Positions 27,665 to 37,046 of a stretch of 44,413 nucleotides of DNA are shown piece after piece. The position numbers and the translations under genes were made by a program. This DNA is from an uncultured Methanosarcinales archaeon (GTDB lineage: Archaea; Nanobdellota; Nanobdellia; Woesearchaeales; GW2011-AR9). The stretch lies in assembly GCA_964639875.1 (NCBI GenBank), contig CAZXEM010000003.1:1-44413 (forward strand), given 5' to 3'. The number at the start of each line of letters is the position of its first letter. Positions within the stretch are counted from its first letter, which is position 1. The notes under the pieces are model-generated. The model was not told the origin of the DNA, did not search any database, and saw only the letters and a program-made list of their open reading frames with translations.

Positions 27665-27911
27665 ATCCCTTGCAGATGATATGGGCGGTGGAAAAAGCTG
27701 GTGTTCTAACTGTGATTATGGTTTAGACAGATATCTCAACAATTATTTTTCAACATCCCCAGATAAAAGATCTGAAACGGGATTACTTCCAAAAAAAGAT
27801 TTAAGCACTTTTATTCAAAAGAACAAAATGGAATGTCCAGAATGTGAAAGTGAATTAGAATATAGTAGTAGAGAACTAAAACCATATGAATTTGGCGGAA
27901 GCGATTTTTAA
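27636..27911 (+). CDS. zinc-ribbon protein (orphan operon gene 3)
   Basis: G-rich SD-like ATGGGGGA just upstream of ATGATGG. CSNC ... CPEC four-Cys pattern. Overlaps gene 2 by about 29 nt. Confidence 0.5.
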   Translation: MMEKKQATIESLADDMGGGKSWCSNCDYGLDRYLNNYFSTSPDKRSETGLLPKKDLSTFIQKNKMECPECESELEYSSRELKPYEFGGSDF

Positions 27912-27951
27912 CTAAAAAACCTTATAAATACCGTTCTAAAATAACATTCTA

Positions 27952-28986
27952 ATGAATCAAGAAACAGAACAATTAATTGAACAAGCAGAACAAGTGTATA
28001 AAGAGAACTTCTCTAACGAATGTTGGTACGGACGTTGTATCTTTCTAAGTTGGTATTGTGATGTAGGAACTTGTAAATTCTGTTTCAGAAGCACAATTAA
28101 ACATAAAATTAAACATGCAAAAACCGCTAAACGATCTTTAAGTTCAGATTTGGTAGAAGCATTATTTTGTAAAATATTGGGTTGGAGAATAGAATTTTTA
28201 ACGGGAGGTTATAGAATCTTTCCTAAAGAGGAAATGTTAGAACGGATAAAATTAATCAGTAAAGTTTATGGAGAAAAAATCTGGTTAAACATTGGTGTTA
28301 TTGACCCAGAAGACCTAAACTCATTCAAACCTTACGTTAAAGGAATTGTGTCAAGTATTGAAACTATCGAACCAAAATTACATAACGAAATATGTCCCGA
28401 TAAACCAATTCAACCGTATGAAGAAATGTTCAATAAAACATCTGAGTTCCAAAAAAGTATGACGATGGTTATCGGATTAGGAGAAAAAAGAGAAGATTTC
28501 ACACTTCTTAAAAAATTCATAGAAAAACACCATCTGGAAAGGATCACTTTCTATGCATTGAAACCAGTCAAAGGAACTATTTTCGAAAACACTAACGGGC
28601 CAAAAACTGAAGATTATTTATGGTGGATTGCCCAAACAAGAATCGCATTTCCAAAATTAGAAATTATTGCCGGAACTACTGCTAGAAGATATGAAGAAGT
28701 TGGTTTACTATTAAAAGCAGGAGCTAACGCTTTTACTAAATTTCCAGCCACAAAAATGTTTGGAACTAAAGAAGCTCAACAGATTGAAAATGACATTAAA
28801 GAAATTAACCGAAAAATGAAGGGAACAATTACTAAACTGCCGGAAATTGATTGGAATAAAGAAATCGAGAATATTGGGTTAAACAAAGAATTAGAGCAAG
28901 AAGTTAAAGATAAGCTCATAATATACTTAAAGAGAATGGAAAATAACTCTAACAGTAGCAAAAATAATATAAATGATAACGATTAA
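27952..28986 (+). CDS. radical SAM protein, BioB/HydE-like, with CX4CX2C cluster motif
   Basis: Cluster region is YCDVGTCKFC. Downstream TGG..., GLGE and ...ALKPVKGT motifs are colinear with BioB-family enzymes. TATA-like CCTTATAAATACC about 25 nt upstream. Confidence 0.75.
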   Translation: MNQETEQLIEQAEQVYKENFSNECWYGRCIFLSWYCDVGTCKFCFRSTIKHKIKHAKTAKRSLSSDLVEALFCKILGWRIEFLTGGYRIFPKEEMLERIKLISKVYGEKIWLNIGVIDPEDLNSFKPYVKGIVSSIETIEPKLHNEICPDKPIQPYEEMFNKTSEFQKSMTMVIGLGEKREDFTLLKKFIEKHHLERITFYALKPVKGTIFENTNGPKTEDYLWWIAQTRIAFPKLEIIAGTTARRYEEVGLLLKAGANAFTKFPATKMFGTKEAQQIENDIKEINRKMKGTITKLPEIDWNKEIENIGLNKELEQEVKDKLIIYLKRMENNSNSSKNNINDND

Positions 28987-28997
28987 ATAAGATAAAA

Positions 28998-29714
28998 ATG
29001 GATGAAATTAGAATTGTTAAAGTTTTGGATGATATGCCTGAAAATGAAGGTCAACCAGATGTTCAGAAAGGAATTAATGAAGAACCAAGCGAAAGTGGTG
29101 ATACAAAAAAATTATTATTTATGATTGTGATTATTATTGGTGTATTTGCTTTCTCTCTTGGTGGGTTTAAAGTTTTTGACAAAATTACTGGTGCAAGTGT
29201 TTCTGTAGCTGGAGAGCAAGTACCTATTGAAGATACTTATACCTACAATGACTTCGAATTTATTAAAGCAGATGGATTATGGTGGACTTATATTCAAGGT
29301 CAAGGAAGAACAATTAAAGTACCACTTCATTTCGGACCAAGAGAAGTAGAACACATTCCTCTTACCGGTAATCTCTTAAATGAATTTTACAAAGGCAAAG
29401 AAATTTATATTGCTATTGATCCTAACATAACAAATAAGTATTACACATTAGCAATATCTGAACTTAGTATGAACATCGCTAAAGGTATTGGTAGAACGCC
29501 TGAAGGTTCATGTACTGAAAATGACGAAATCTGTGATGAAAGAACAATTGTTAACTGTGAAAATACACAAGGCAAACCTGTAATTGAACTTCGAGTTGAA
29601 GAAGTAGCTGCTGTAACACTAAAAGGTACTTGTATCCTTGTTACTGGCCAAGAATATGAATTGGTAAAAGCAACTGACAGATTATTATTAGATTGGTACG
29701 GGGTAATAGAGTAA
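28998..29714 (+). CDS. single-pass membrane protein with extracellular Cys-containing domain
   Basis: Acidic N-terminus, TM helix LLFMIVIIIGVFAFSLGGF, then a roughly 170-aa ectodomain with 5 Cys. Confidence 0.55.
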   Translation: MDEIRIVKVLDDMPENEGQPDVQKGINEEPSESGDTKKLLFMIVIIIGVFAFSLGGFKVFDKITGASVSVAGEQVPIEDTYTYNDFEFIKADGLWWTYIQGQGRTIKVPLHFGPREVEHIPLTGNLLNEFYKGKEIYIAIDPNITNKYYTLAISELSMNIAKGIGRTPEGSCTENDEICDERTIVNCENTQGKPVIELRVEEVAAVTLKGTCILVTGQEYELVKATDRLLLDWYGVIE

Positions 29715-29801
29715 ATTTTCTAATTCTTTTTTTCTATTATTTTTATGAGTTACACATTTATTTTGGATAAATATATTAATCAGTAAAGATTTGTTTCAAT
29801 T

Positions 29802-30548
29802 ATGTTAATCAGTTTTTTTGAAGAGTTTCCTACAGAAAAGAACTTGAATAAATTGAAATTAATCAATTCTCCTACAAAACTGTATCTTGCTGCTAAATCT
29901 CTTAAAGAGTTCAATAAAATAAAATCAAAAATAAACAACCAAAATGTTAAAGAAACAATTTATTGGCCAATTCTAGAAAAATCAGAAGGTTATTGGATAT
30001 CTCCGTTCAGTAAAAGAAAAGCTTTAACGAGAATATTTAACGAGTTAAAGAACCAGCCAGTTCCAGTGATGTTAGATTTAGAATGGCCCCTAACTAAAAG
30101 CCCTTTACTACTCTTCACACAGTTACCTAACTTTTTCCGCAACAGGAAATTAATCAAAGATTTCATCAACAATTATAATGGAAAAATTTATCTCTGTGAA
30201 TATTATCCGGAAGGAAAGAAAAAAGATTGGTTCTTAGAAAAAATGGGCTTACATTATAATGACAAAAAAGCAAAAATTATCAAAATGTTTTACCACTCTT
30301 TGCATCCATTATTTAATGAAAAGTTTTTCAAAAAAGAACTGAACAGAGGTAAAGAACTCCACGGAGATAATTTCATTGTTTCTTTTGGAACAATCGCTAC
30401 AGGAATTAATGGCAATGAACCCATTCTGAATGTTAAACAATTAAAGCAAGATTTAGCTTTAGCTAAAGAAGAAAATGTTCAAGAGGTAATTATCTTCAGG
30501 TTAGGTGGAGTCAATAAAAAATATCAACAGATATTAAAAAAATATTAA
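29802..30548 (+). CDS. hypothetical protein
   Basis: 248-aa soluble ORF with no recognisable motif. Confidence 0.5.
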   Translation: MLISFFEEFPTEKNLNKLKLINSPTKLYLAAKSLKEFNKIKSKINNQNVKETIYWPILEKSEGYWISPFSKRKALTRIFNELKNQPVPVMLDLEWPLTKSPLLLFTQLPNFFRNRKLIKDFINNYNGKIYLCEYYPEGKKKDWFLEKMGLHYNDKKAKIIKMFYHSLHPLFNEKFFKKELNRGKELHGDNFIVSFGTIATGINGNEPILNVKQLKQDLALAKEENVQEVIIFRLGGVNKKYQQILKKY

Positions 30549-30554
30549 AACAAA

Positions 30555-31307
30555 TTATAATAATAAATTCTGAATCCCATCATTTATTTCCTGATCGTTC
30601 TTAGGAATCCTTGTTGCAAACCATAAATTAAAACCTAGTTTAACTTTTTTAAGAAATTGTTTAACCTGATCTCTTACCAAAAGATGGTCATAATTCTTTG
30701 CTACCAATTCTGCAACAAATAAAGTGGTATCTTTATTTCTGGTAACAGTATAAGTAGAATAAACAAATTTTAATAAGTCAGCGGCTTTAGCTCTGTCCAA
30801 ATTAGATTCATCAAAACAACCTTCAAAATCTAACCAATAAACCTTATTATCATTTGAATAAAACAAATTTTTAACATCCGCATCGCCGACAATTATCTTT
30901 TGGCTATGAAAATGTTCAATTGCTTCTAATGCCCCTTCTAAAGTTTTCTCTTTTAAACGGTCGGTATTTAATGACCTAAAACCACTACCTTCCAAATATT
31001 GCCGCAACAAATTACCATGATAATAATCAACGTATCTGGGCGCATATCTCCCTTTCAAAGCGTTAAGTTTTTTTGCTTCATCCTGAATTCTATCTAAAGA
31101 AGAAGCTTTCTTTCTTGTTCCTAAAAAAACTTTATCTTGTTGTAATAAATATTTATGAATTAAAAAGTCAGACAGCCCGGAACGAGGTTTTTTAATAATG
31201 TATTTTGTAGTTCCAATTTTGATTGGAAAAACAATATTAGTAGCATTAAAATCTGCGCCCACTCGATATTGTTCTGGATCTGCTAAAATATCGCCATAAA
31301 TATTCAT
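30555..31307 (-). CDS. protein-kinase-like fold protein (RIO/Kdo/Bud32-like)
   Basis: Lys motif KYIIKKP, catalytic-loop-like IVGDADVKN and a DFG-like WLDFEG. The ATG at 31307 avoids a 47-nt overlap with the upstream gene. Confidence 0.6.
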   Translation of the reverse strand: MNIYGDILADPEQYRVGADFNATNIVFPIKIGTTKYIIKKPRSGLSDFLIHKYLLQQDKVFLGTRKKASSLDRIQDEAKKLNALKGRYAPRYVDYYHGNLLRQYLEGSGFRSLNTDRLKEKTLEGALEAIEHFHSQKIIVGDADVKNLFYSNDNKVYWLDFEGCFDESNLDRAKAADLLKFVYSTYTVTRNKDTTLFVAELVAKNYDHLLVRDQVKQFLKKVKLGFNLWFATRIPKNDQEINDGIQNLLL

Positions 31308-31311
31308 CTTA

Positions 31312-32394
31312 TTAGAAAAGATACTTAACAAAATATAATAGTTTCGGTTCTTTAACAATTGTTTTCAAAATGAGTGGTAAAGGGTTCTCCCGAGTATGTT
31401 TTTCAAAAACATTTTGAATTTTTTTCTTTCTTAACAATTGAATAGCTTTATCCCAATCCTGATCAGAGAACTTATTCATAACCTTTCTTAAACGTAAATG
31501 TAAATTCATTTTTTTGCGTAAACTTTTAACTTCTTGATCATACTCTTTACCATTGTTAAGACAATCAACTAAGATGTGAACTTGTTTCATCCCGGGAATA
31601 ACCCCACCCAAAGTAGTTGCTTTAACGTAACCAGAAGCATCACCTAACAAGTAACAATTGCCCCTCCTGAGTTTTTGTTGAGGATGATAAAGAGGGATAG
31701 TCCCTGCCTGAATTTCTTCAGCAATAAAGCCCTGTTCTTTCATAAACTTATCAAAGTGAGGTCGTGTGTTTTTAGTTGTAGCTAAGCCAACTCTAGCCCT
31801 GTCTGAGGATTCAGGAACGATCCAAGCAAACAGTTCTGGACAAACTTCTTTACCAAAAAAAGTTTTATACCTATATGGATGAAAATTTCCTTTCACAACT
31901 GCCTGAATCCCATAATAATTTTTTCTTTCGGAATGATAAAAACCATAAGCTTTAGCCACATGAGATAAAGGGCCATCAGCAGCAATAACAATGTCTGGAG
32001 AGATTATTATTTTTTGACCATTACTTCCTTTAATAATAATTTTATCTTTCTCTTTACCCAAAAAGTTGCTGCTAAAAAATATTTTAGCACCAGCATTCAA
32101 AGCCAATTTGGCTAAATAATTATCAAACTTTTTTCTACAAACCAAATATTCTTTGTTATTGATTACCATTTGATTATTGCTAGAATTAACTTCGATTTCA
32201 GTAAAACTATTTACTAAAAAAGAACTTTTATCTAATCCAAATTGATCAAAATCTGCAGTTAATAAACCGGTACATTGAACTGGAGAACCAACTTCTTTCT
32301 TCCGCTCATAAATGTTCACGTCATGTCCAGATTTAGCTAATAAATAACCTGCATAACAACCGATTGGACCCGCACCAATAATTACAATTTTCAT
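31312..32394 (-). CDS. geranylgeranyl reductase family flavoprotein (isoprenoid lipid saturation)
   Basis: N-terminal FAD fold MKIVIIGAGPIGCYAGYLLAKSGHDVNIYE, then ...PVQCTGLL, ...LLGDASGYV. Confidence 0.85.
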   Translation of the reverse strand: MKIVIIGAGPIGCYAGYLLAKSGHDVNIYERKKEVGSPVQCTGLLTADFDQFGLDKSSFLVNSFTEIEVNSSNNQMVINNKEYLVCRKKFDNYLAKLALNAGAKIFFSSNFLGKEKDKIIIKGSNGQKIIISPDIVIAADGPLSHVAKAYGFYHSERKNYYGIQAVVKGNFHPYRYKTFFGKEVCPELFAWIVPESSDRARVGLATTKNTRPHFDKFMKEQGFIAEEIQAGTIPLYHPQQKLRRGNCYLLGDASGYVKATTLGGVIPGMKQVHILVDCLNNGKEYDQEVKSLRKKMNLHLRLRKVMNKFSDQDWDKAIQLLRKKKIQNVFEKHTRENPLPLILKTIVKEPKLLYFVKYLF

Positions 32395-32469
32395 TATAAA
32401 GAGCTCCAATAATTAATCATATAAAAAAGTTATAGAACAAAAAAAGTTAAAGAAACTCCTCCTCATAAA

Positions 32470-32540
32470 AGATAAAAAAAGAAAAAAAGAAAAAATTGGA
32501 GGAAGATAGTTAAGATAACTTACTTAATTAATAGTAAGTT
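32470..32540 (-). terminator. hairpin plus oligo-T terminator of the S-layer-like gene
   Basis: An 8-bp stem AACTTACT/AGTAAGTT (32517-32524 / 32533-32540) encloses the stop codon. On the transcript it is followed by T-runs (TTTTTTCTTTTTTTCTTTTTTTATC). Confidence 0.5.
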
Positions 32541-33856
32541 TTCTCTTCGTCTTCTTCGTCGTCTCTCTTAAGTCTACTGAAACCAATAATCAAACCAATG
32601 ATAACTAATAATACCACTAAGATGATTAATGCGATTTCTAAACCGTTTCTTAAGCTAAAACCACTTTCAACAGTAGCGCCAGTAACAGTTGCTTTTAGGC
32701 TGATTGTTTCTAATACTTCAGCACCGGACTGAACAGCTAGACTAGTAACATGTTCTCCAACAGCAGCAGATGCGCTAGGAGTTACGTCTACATAGACTAC
32801 TTTATTCTTTCCAGGTTCTAAAACAACTAAATTGTCACTTACAGTTGCAGTTGCCCAATCGCCAGTAACTGTTTCTAACAAATATGCTTTGGAACTAGTT
32901 CCTGCATTTGTTAAAGCAATAGCGTATTTAGCAGTAGTTCCTGCAGCTACAGTTTGACTTTCTGGACCAACAGCTAAAACTAACTTGTTTTCACTTGTTT
33001 GAAACATTTCGTTACTTAAAACGTTAATTTTGTAGCTCTTAGTAACTGTTTCTCTTAAGTCATCGTATTTAACAGTAACTTTAACTTCATACTCACCTTC
33101 AACAGCAGTTGCTGGAAGAGGTAAGAACATTTCTGGAACATCTTCATAATCTACATTATTATCTTCTGTTTCCACAACATCAACAAACTCAGTTGCACTC
33201 ACGCCTAAAGCGGGTACTGCAACAGTAACTTTAACGTCTTTCTCAGTCTTGTCACCGAAGTTTTCAAGTAAAACAGTAGTTAATAATGAACGTCCTGCTT
33301 TAACTGAAGTTCCAGGTGAAAATACAACGTCAGCGATATCTACGCCGTGTCGAGTTGGTTCAACGTTAAGCTTTACAATCTGCGTTACAGGTGCAGAATT
33401 ACTATTGTAAATATTTAGATGTAACCAATAAACTTGCTTTTCTAATTTCTTTGGTAAGTCAACGCTTAACTTCACAGTTTTCTTAGTATTTCCTGCCATG
33501 TCAAAAACATGTGTTGAATCACTTAATGATTCGTAGTCAGAATACTCGTATCCTTTGATCTTTGCATCAACTTCAATATCTTCTACAGCTTCACCAGTCT
33601 GTAGTCGAACTTTAATATCTAATGTTTGACCTTCGTCAACACTAATAGAAGGCACAGCAACATCACCGATGCCAATGTCTTCACCAATTATGTTTCCTTC
33701 TTCATCAACTATATTAATTACGTTAGTTCCTAAGTCAACAGAATCTCCGTTAACTTCTACTTCCCATTCAAAATTGTCTACACTAAGCGCACTAACCATT
33801 GAAACGGTCAATAAGGCCAATACAAACAAAACCATTAAACTCAAAATTTTTCTCAT
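32528..33856 (-). CDS. S-layer-like surface protein with C-terminal TM anchor and acidic tail
   Basis: I use the ATG at 33856 with GGAGG about 8 nt upstream; the track start at 33871 is TTG. Signal peptide, repeated beta-domains with N-x-G motifs (LLENFGDKT, ALTNAGTSS), and a C-terminal IALIILVVLLVIIGLIIGF + RLKRDDEEDEE. Confidence 0.7.
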   Translation of the reverse strand: MRKILSLMVLFVLALLTVSMVSALSVDNFEWEVEVNGDSVDLGTNVINIVDEEGNIIGEDIGIGDVAVPSISVDEGQTLDIKVRLQTGEAVEDIEVDAKIKGYEYSDYESLSDSTHVFDMAGNTKKTVKLSVDLPKKLEKQVYWLHLNIYNSNSAPVTQIVKLNVEPTRHGVDIADVVFSPGTSVKAGRSLLTTVLLENFGDKTEKDVKVTVAVPALGVSATEFVDVVETEDNNVDYEDVPEMFLPLPATAVEGEYEVKVTVKYDDLRETVTKSYKINVLSNEMFQTSENKLVLAVGPESQTVAAGTTAKYAIALTNAGTSSKAYLLETVTGDWATATVSDNLVVLEPGKNKVVYVDVTPSASAAVGEHVTSLAVQSGAEVLETISLKATVTGATVESGFSLRNGLEIALIILVVLLVIIGLIIGFSRLKRDDEEDEEKTYY

Positions 33857-34004
33857 TTTAACTTCCTCCAATTTCCACGTTTTTTTCGAAGATTGTGTTT
33901 TTTTTTAATTTAATCTTCTAAATTTGTGGTCCTATATAAACTTTTCTATTCTTTTAGTATTCAAGAGTAGCTACATTATGTAGCCATTCTCAAATGGTTG
34001 TCAT

Positions 34005-37000
34005 TCAATAGATAGTTAAGAGCCTATATGTTGACTCATGATACTCACTATTGGTAACAGTTACTTTGACAAGATAATCTCCTGGTTGAGCATTGTAAGG
34101 CATCTGTAAAACCAAGTTCTTGCTTTTTTGTTGTCCTGCCTTTAAGTCAAACTCTCCACCGGATTTTTTCAATCCTAAATCATAAACTAAAGCGGTAACT
34201 TTAAGGTCCTTCAACTTCTTATCACCATTATTTTTCATGTTAACTTGTAACGAAACATGCTCACCAGCGTTAGCAACTTCGGTACTCAACTTTACTGTTG
34301 CCAATTTAATGTTCTTGTAAGCTTCGCTAACACCAATAGTAAACTGCTGTTGAGCATACAACTGGCCGTCTGAGACGGTAATTAACACTTTTGCTTTCCC
34401 ATTATCAGTTGGTTCCCATTCAACCAATCCACTCTCACCAATAGTCATCCCTTCTGGTGCTTTAGAAAGGTAATAAATTAGTTTTTCTCCTTCTGGATCT
34501 GCTGCAACTAACTGATAACTGTAATCTTCATCTTCAGTAACGGTTGTTACTGGTTGTGAATAAATTACGGGTGCTTGATTAACAATAACAATTGTACACA
34601 AATCACCAATTCCATCACTGTTAGAATCTAACTGATCAGGATTAGCAGTTAAAGGACAATTGTCAACTTCATCACAAACACCATCATTATCAGCGTCTGA
34701 TAAACAAGGAATAACTTCACAAGCATCGCCAACACCATTATCATCACTGTCTAATTGATCAAGATTAGCAGTTAAAGGACAATTGTCATCTTCATCACAA
34801 ACACCATCGTTATCTGTGTCTACTAAACAAACAATTTCTTCACAAGCGTCACCAATTCCATCCATGTTAGAATCTAACTGGTCAGGGTTAGCAGTTAAAG
34901 GACAGTTATCATCTTCATCACAAACACCATCTTCATCGGTGTCTAATAAACAAGGTGTATCCAAAACCAAAATAGTGATTTTAACTTTTTTCGAAGAATT
35001 TGCTCCATGTTCGTCTTTTGCAACAAAAGTAACAAAGTAATCCCCCGCTTCACCAACATAAGTTTTCCACTGGAAAACATAAACATTTTCTTTTGTTGGG
35101 TGAGGACCTAAAACAATGTTTTTATTTAAAGCAATCCTTGAAGCTAATTCTAAAGTAATTTCATCACCATCTGAATCAGTTACTCCAATTTCAAACTCAA
35201 GACTATTACCTTCAGTAACTTCTTGATTTGGAAGGGGAGCAATCCGAGGTGCGTGATTAACAACAACAATTGTACAAGCGTCACCAATCCCATCCATGTT
35301 AGAATCTAACTGGTCAGGGTTAGCAGTTAAAGGACAGTTATCAAATTCATCACAAATACCATCGCCATCAGTATCACCATAAATATCTAAACAAGATAAT
35401 TCACAAGATTCAGTAACTGAAAATTGATAAGTTTCACTTACACTAGTTAATCCATCACTGATTACAACATCAAATTCGTACTTTCCACTATCATCACAAT
35501 CTGAAGTACCAGTAATTAGTAATTCATTTCCTGATTGTTGAGAGGAAACCCATTCTTCTGGTAAACCATTTACAACAAAGCTAAGTTCATCTTCAGCATC
35601 TCCATCAGTAGCAGTAACAGTTAATACAAGTGATTCACCTTCATCAACTATATCATTACCATTAATACTTAATGCAGGCATTTGGTTAACGTCATCAACT
35701 TTAACAAGAATAGTTTTAGTTGCATACAAGTTACCATCTGAAGCAGTAAAGACAAGTGTAACACTTTGACTTAACTTAGGATGAGTTACGTAAGTATAAT
35801 CTGGTTGCCAGGAAAATAAATAATTATTTTTGGCTGTTGCCGCTAAACTATATGGTTCTGAAAATTCAGTAGTAAAACAGTAAATACCGAAAAGAAGACA
35901 TTTCTTAACACCAACAGTTAAAGTATTGAATTCATCATCTTCAATTTCGAACTGTAAAGCCATACTTCCGCCTTCAACTAAATTGTAATTACCACCAATG
36001 TCATCTATGAACTCAGGAGCTTGGTTTACAGGCGCTTCAGGACATCCATTATTTGTTGCAGGCCCAGGTTCATTTGGACATAAATCCTGGTCATTAGGAG
36101 TACCATCTCCATCTGAATCAGAATCACAAACATCACCAATACCATCATTATCAGTATCTGCTTGGTTTGTATTTGCAATTAAAGGACAATTATCTTTCCA
36201 ATTGTAGATTCCGTCGTTATCTGCATCAGAGTCACAAGCGTCTCCCCAGCCATCTCCATCAACATTAGATTGATCAGGATTAAAAGTCATTGCGCAATTA
36301 TCATCTTCATCCATAATAACGTCATTGTCATCATCAGGATCACAAACATCGCCAACGCCATCATTTTCATTATCTGCCTGATTTGTGTTAGGAATGAACT
36401 GACAATTATCATTTACATCTAAGATGCCATCATTATCATCATCTAAATCACAAGCATTTCCTTCACCATCATTATCAGTGTCAGTTTGAAGAATGTTTTC
36501 ATCATTAATACAATTATCACAAACATCGCCATAACCATCATTGTCAGCATCTTCTTGATTAGGATTTTCGTTAGCGTAACAATTATCTTCATAATCAAGA
36601 ACGCCATCACAATCATAATCAGAACTACCTTCTCCACAAAGATCACCAACAACATCTAAGTTTAGTGAATGTGTTTGTGCACTAGTAGCGCTGTACTTAT
36701 CATCTAAAGTTATGGTAATAGTATATTCTCCCATTTTGTGATTATAATTAGCTGGACTAATAACTAAATTATAAGGAGAAGTAATTTGTTGATCATTTAA
36801 CAAAACCTTAATGTTAGCACCGTCAATTAATTTTACGGTTGCATAAATTGGATCTGCGGAAGCAAATAATCCAGTAGTGAATGAAACAGAGTCACCATTA
36901 CTGATCGTAGTACTTGTTCCTCCATTATCCCATTGCAGTTCCCCAGAAGGCCAAATTAAAGCCAGGGCAGCAGGAGATAATAAAAACATAAGCACTACAA

Positions 37001-37046
37001 TTAAAACAATTGTTTTATACGTAGTTTTCATTTTATGTAACCTCAT
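34005..37046 (-). CDS. large secreted adhesin with thrombospondin type-3 (Ca-binding) repeats, Ig/cadherin-like domains and a C-terminal CARDB-like domain
   Basis: More than 15 D-x-D-x-DG-x-x-D-x-x-D-N-C-P...N-x-x-Q repeats (e.g. DTDNDGIGDVCDSDSDGDG). NQAP...-initiated Ig-like modules and a signal peptide. ATGA overlap with the upstream gene. An alternative ATG at 37031 has GAGGT 8 nt upstream. Confidence 0.8.
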   Translation of the reverse strand: MRLHKMKTTYKTIVLIVVLMFLLSPAALALIWPSGELQWDNGGTSTTISNGDSVSFTTGLFASADPIYATVKLIDGANIKVLLNDQQITSPYNLVISPANYNHKMGEYTITITLDDKYSATSAQTHSLNLDVVGDLCGEGSSDYDCDGVLDYEDNCYANENPNQEDADNDGYGDVCDNCINDENILQTDTDNDGEGNACDLDDDNDGILDVNDNCQFIPNTNQADNENDGVGDVCDPDDDNDVIMDEDDNCAMTFNPDQSNVDGDGWGDACDSDADNDGIYNWKDNCPLIANTNQADTDNDGIGDVCDSDSDGDGTPNDQDLCPNEPGPATNNGCPEAPVNQAPEFIDDIGGNYNLVEGGSMALQFEIEDDEFNTLTVGVKKCLLFGIYCFTTEFSEPYSLAATAKNNYLFSWQPDYTYVTHPKLSQSVTLVFTASDGNLYATKTILVKVDDVNQMPALSINGNDIVDEGESLVLTVTATDGDAEDELSFVVNGLPEEWVSSQQSGNELLITGTSDCDDSGKYEFDVVISDGLTSVSETYQFSVTESCELSCLDIYGDTDGDGICDEFDNCPLTANPDQLDSNMDGIGDACTIVVVNHAPRIAPLPNQEVTEGNSLEFEIGVTDSDGDEITLELASRIALNKNIVLGPHPTKENVYVFQWKTYVGEAGDYFVTFVAKDEHGANSSKKVKITILVLDTPCLLDTDEDGVCDEDDNCPLTANPDQLDSNMDGIGDACEEIVCLVDTDNDGVCDEDDNCPLTANLDQLDSDDNGVGDACEVIPCLSDADNDGVCDEVDNCPLTANPDQLDSNSDGIGDLCTIVIVNQAPVIYSQPVTTVTEDEDYSYQLVAADPEGEKLIYYLSKAPEGMTIGESGLVEWEPTDNGKAKVLITVSDGQLYAQQQFTIGVSEAYKNIKLATVKLSTEVANAGEHVSLQVNMKNNGDKKLKDLKVTALVYDLGLKKSGGEFDLKAGQQKSKNLVLQMPYNAQPGDYLVKVTVTNSEYHESTYRLLTIY
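34596..34964 (-). repeat. three tandem 123-nt (41-aa) repeat units inside the adhesin gene
   Basis: Units start at 34596, 34719 and 34842. Each encodes C-L-x-D-x-D-x-DGVCDE-x-DNCPLTAN-x-DQLDS...G-x-GD-x-C. Confidence 0.85.
35274..35343 (-). repeat. dispersed 70-nt copy, 69/70 identical to 34842-34911
   Basis: Hand alignment shows a single T/C difference (caatTcc vs caatCcc). Confidence 0.85.

Noticed and set aside
34842-35343. Possibility that the 69/70-identical repeat pair is a diversity-generating retroelement TR/VR pair. The single difference is A vs G on the coding strand.
   Set aside because: There is only one mismatch among many adenines, no reverse transcriptase or accessory gene in the window, and both copies lie in frame inside ordinary TSP3 repeats. 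Simple intragenic duplication explains the pair.
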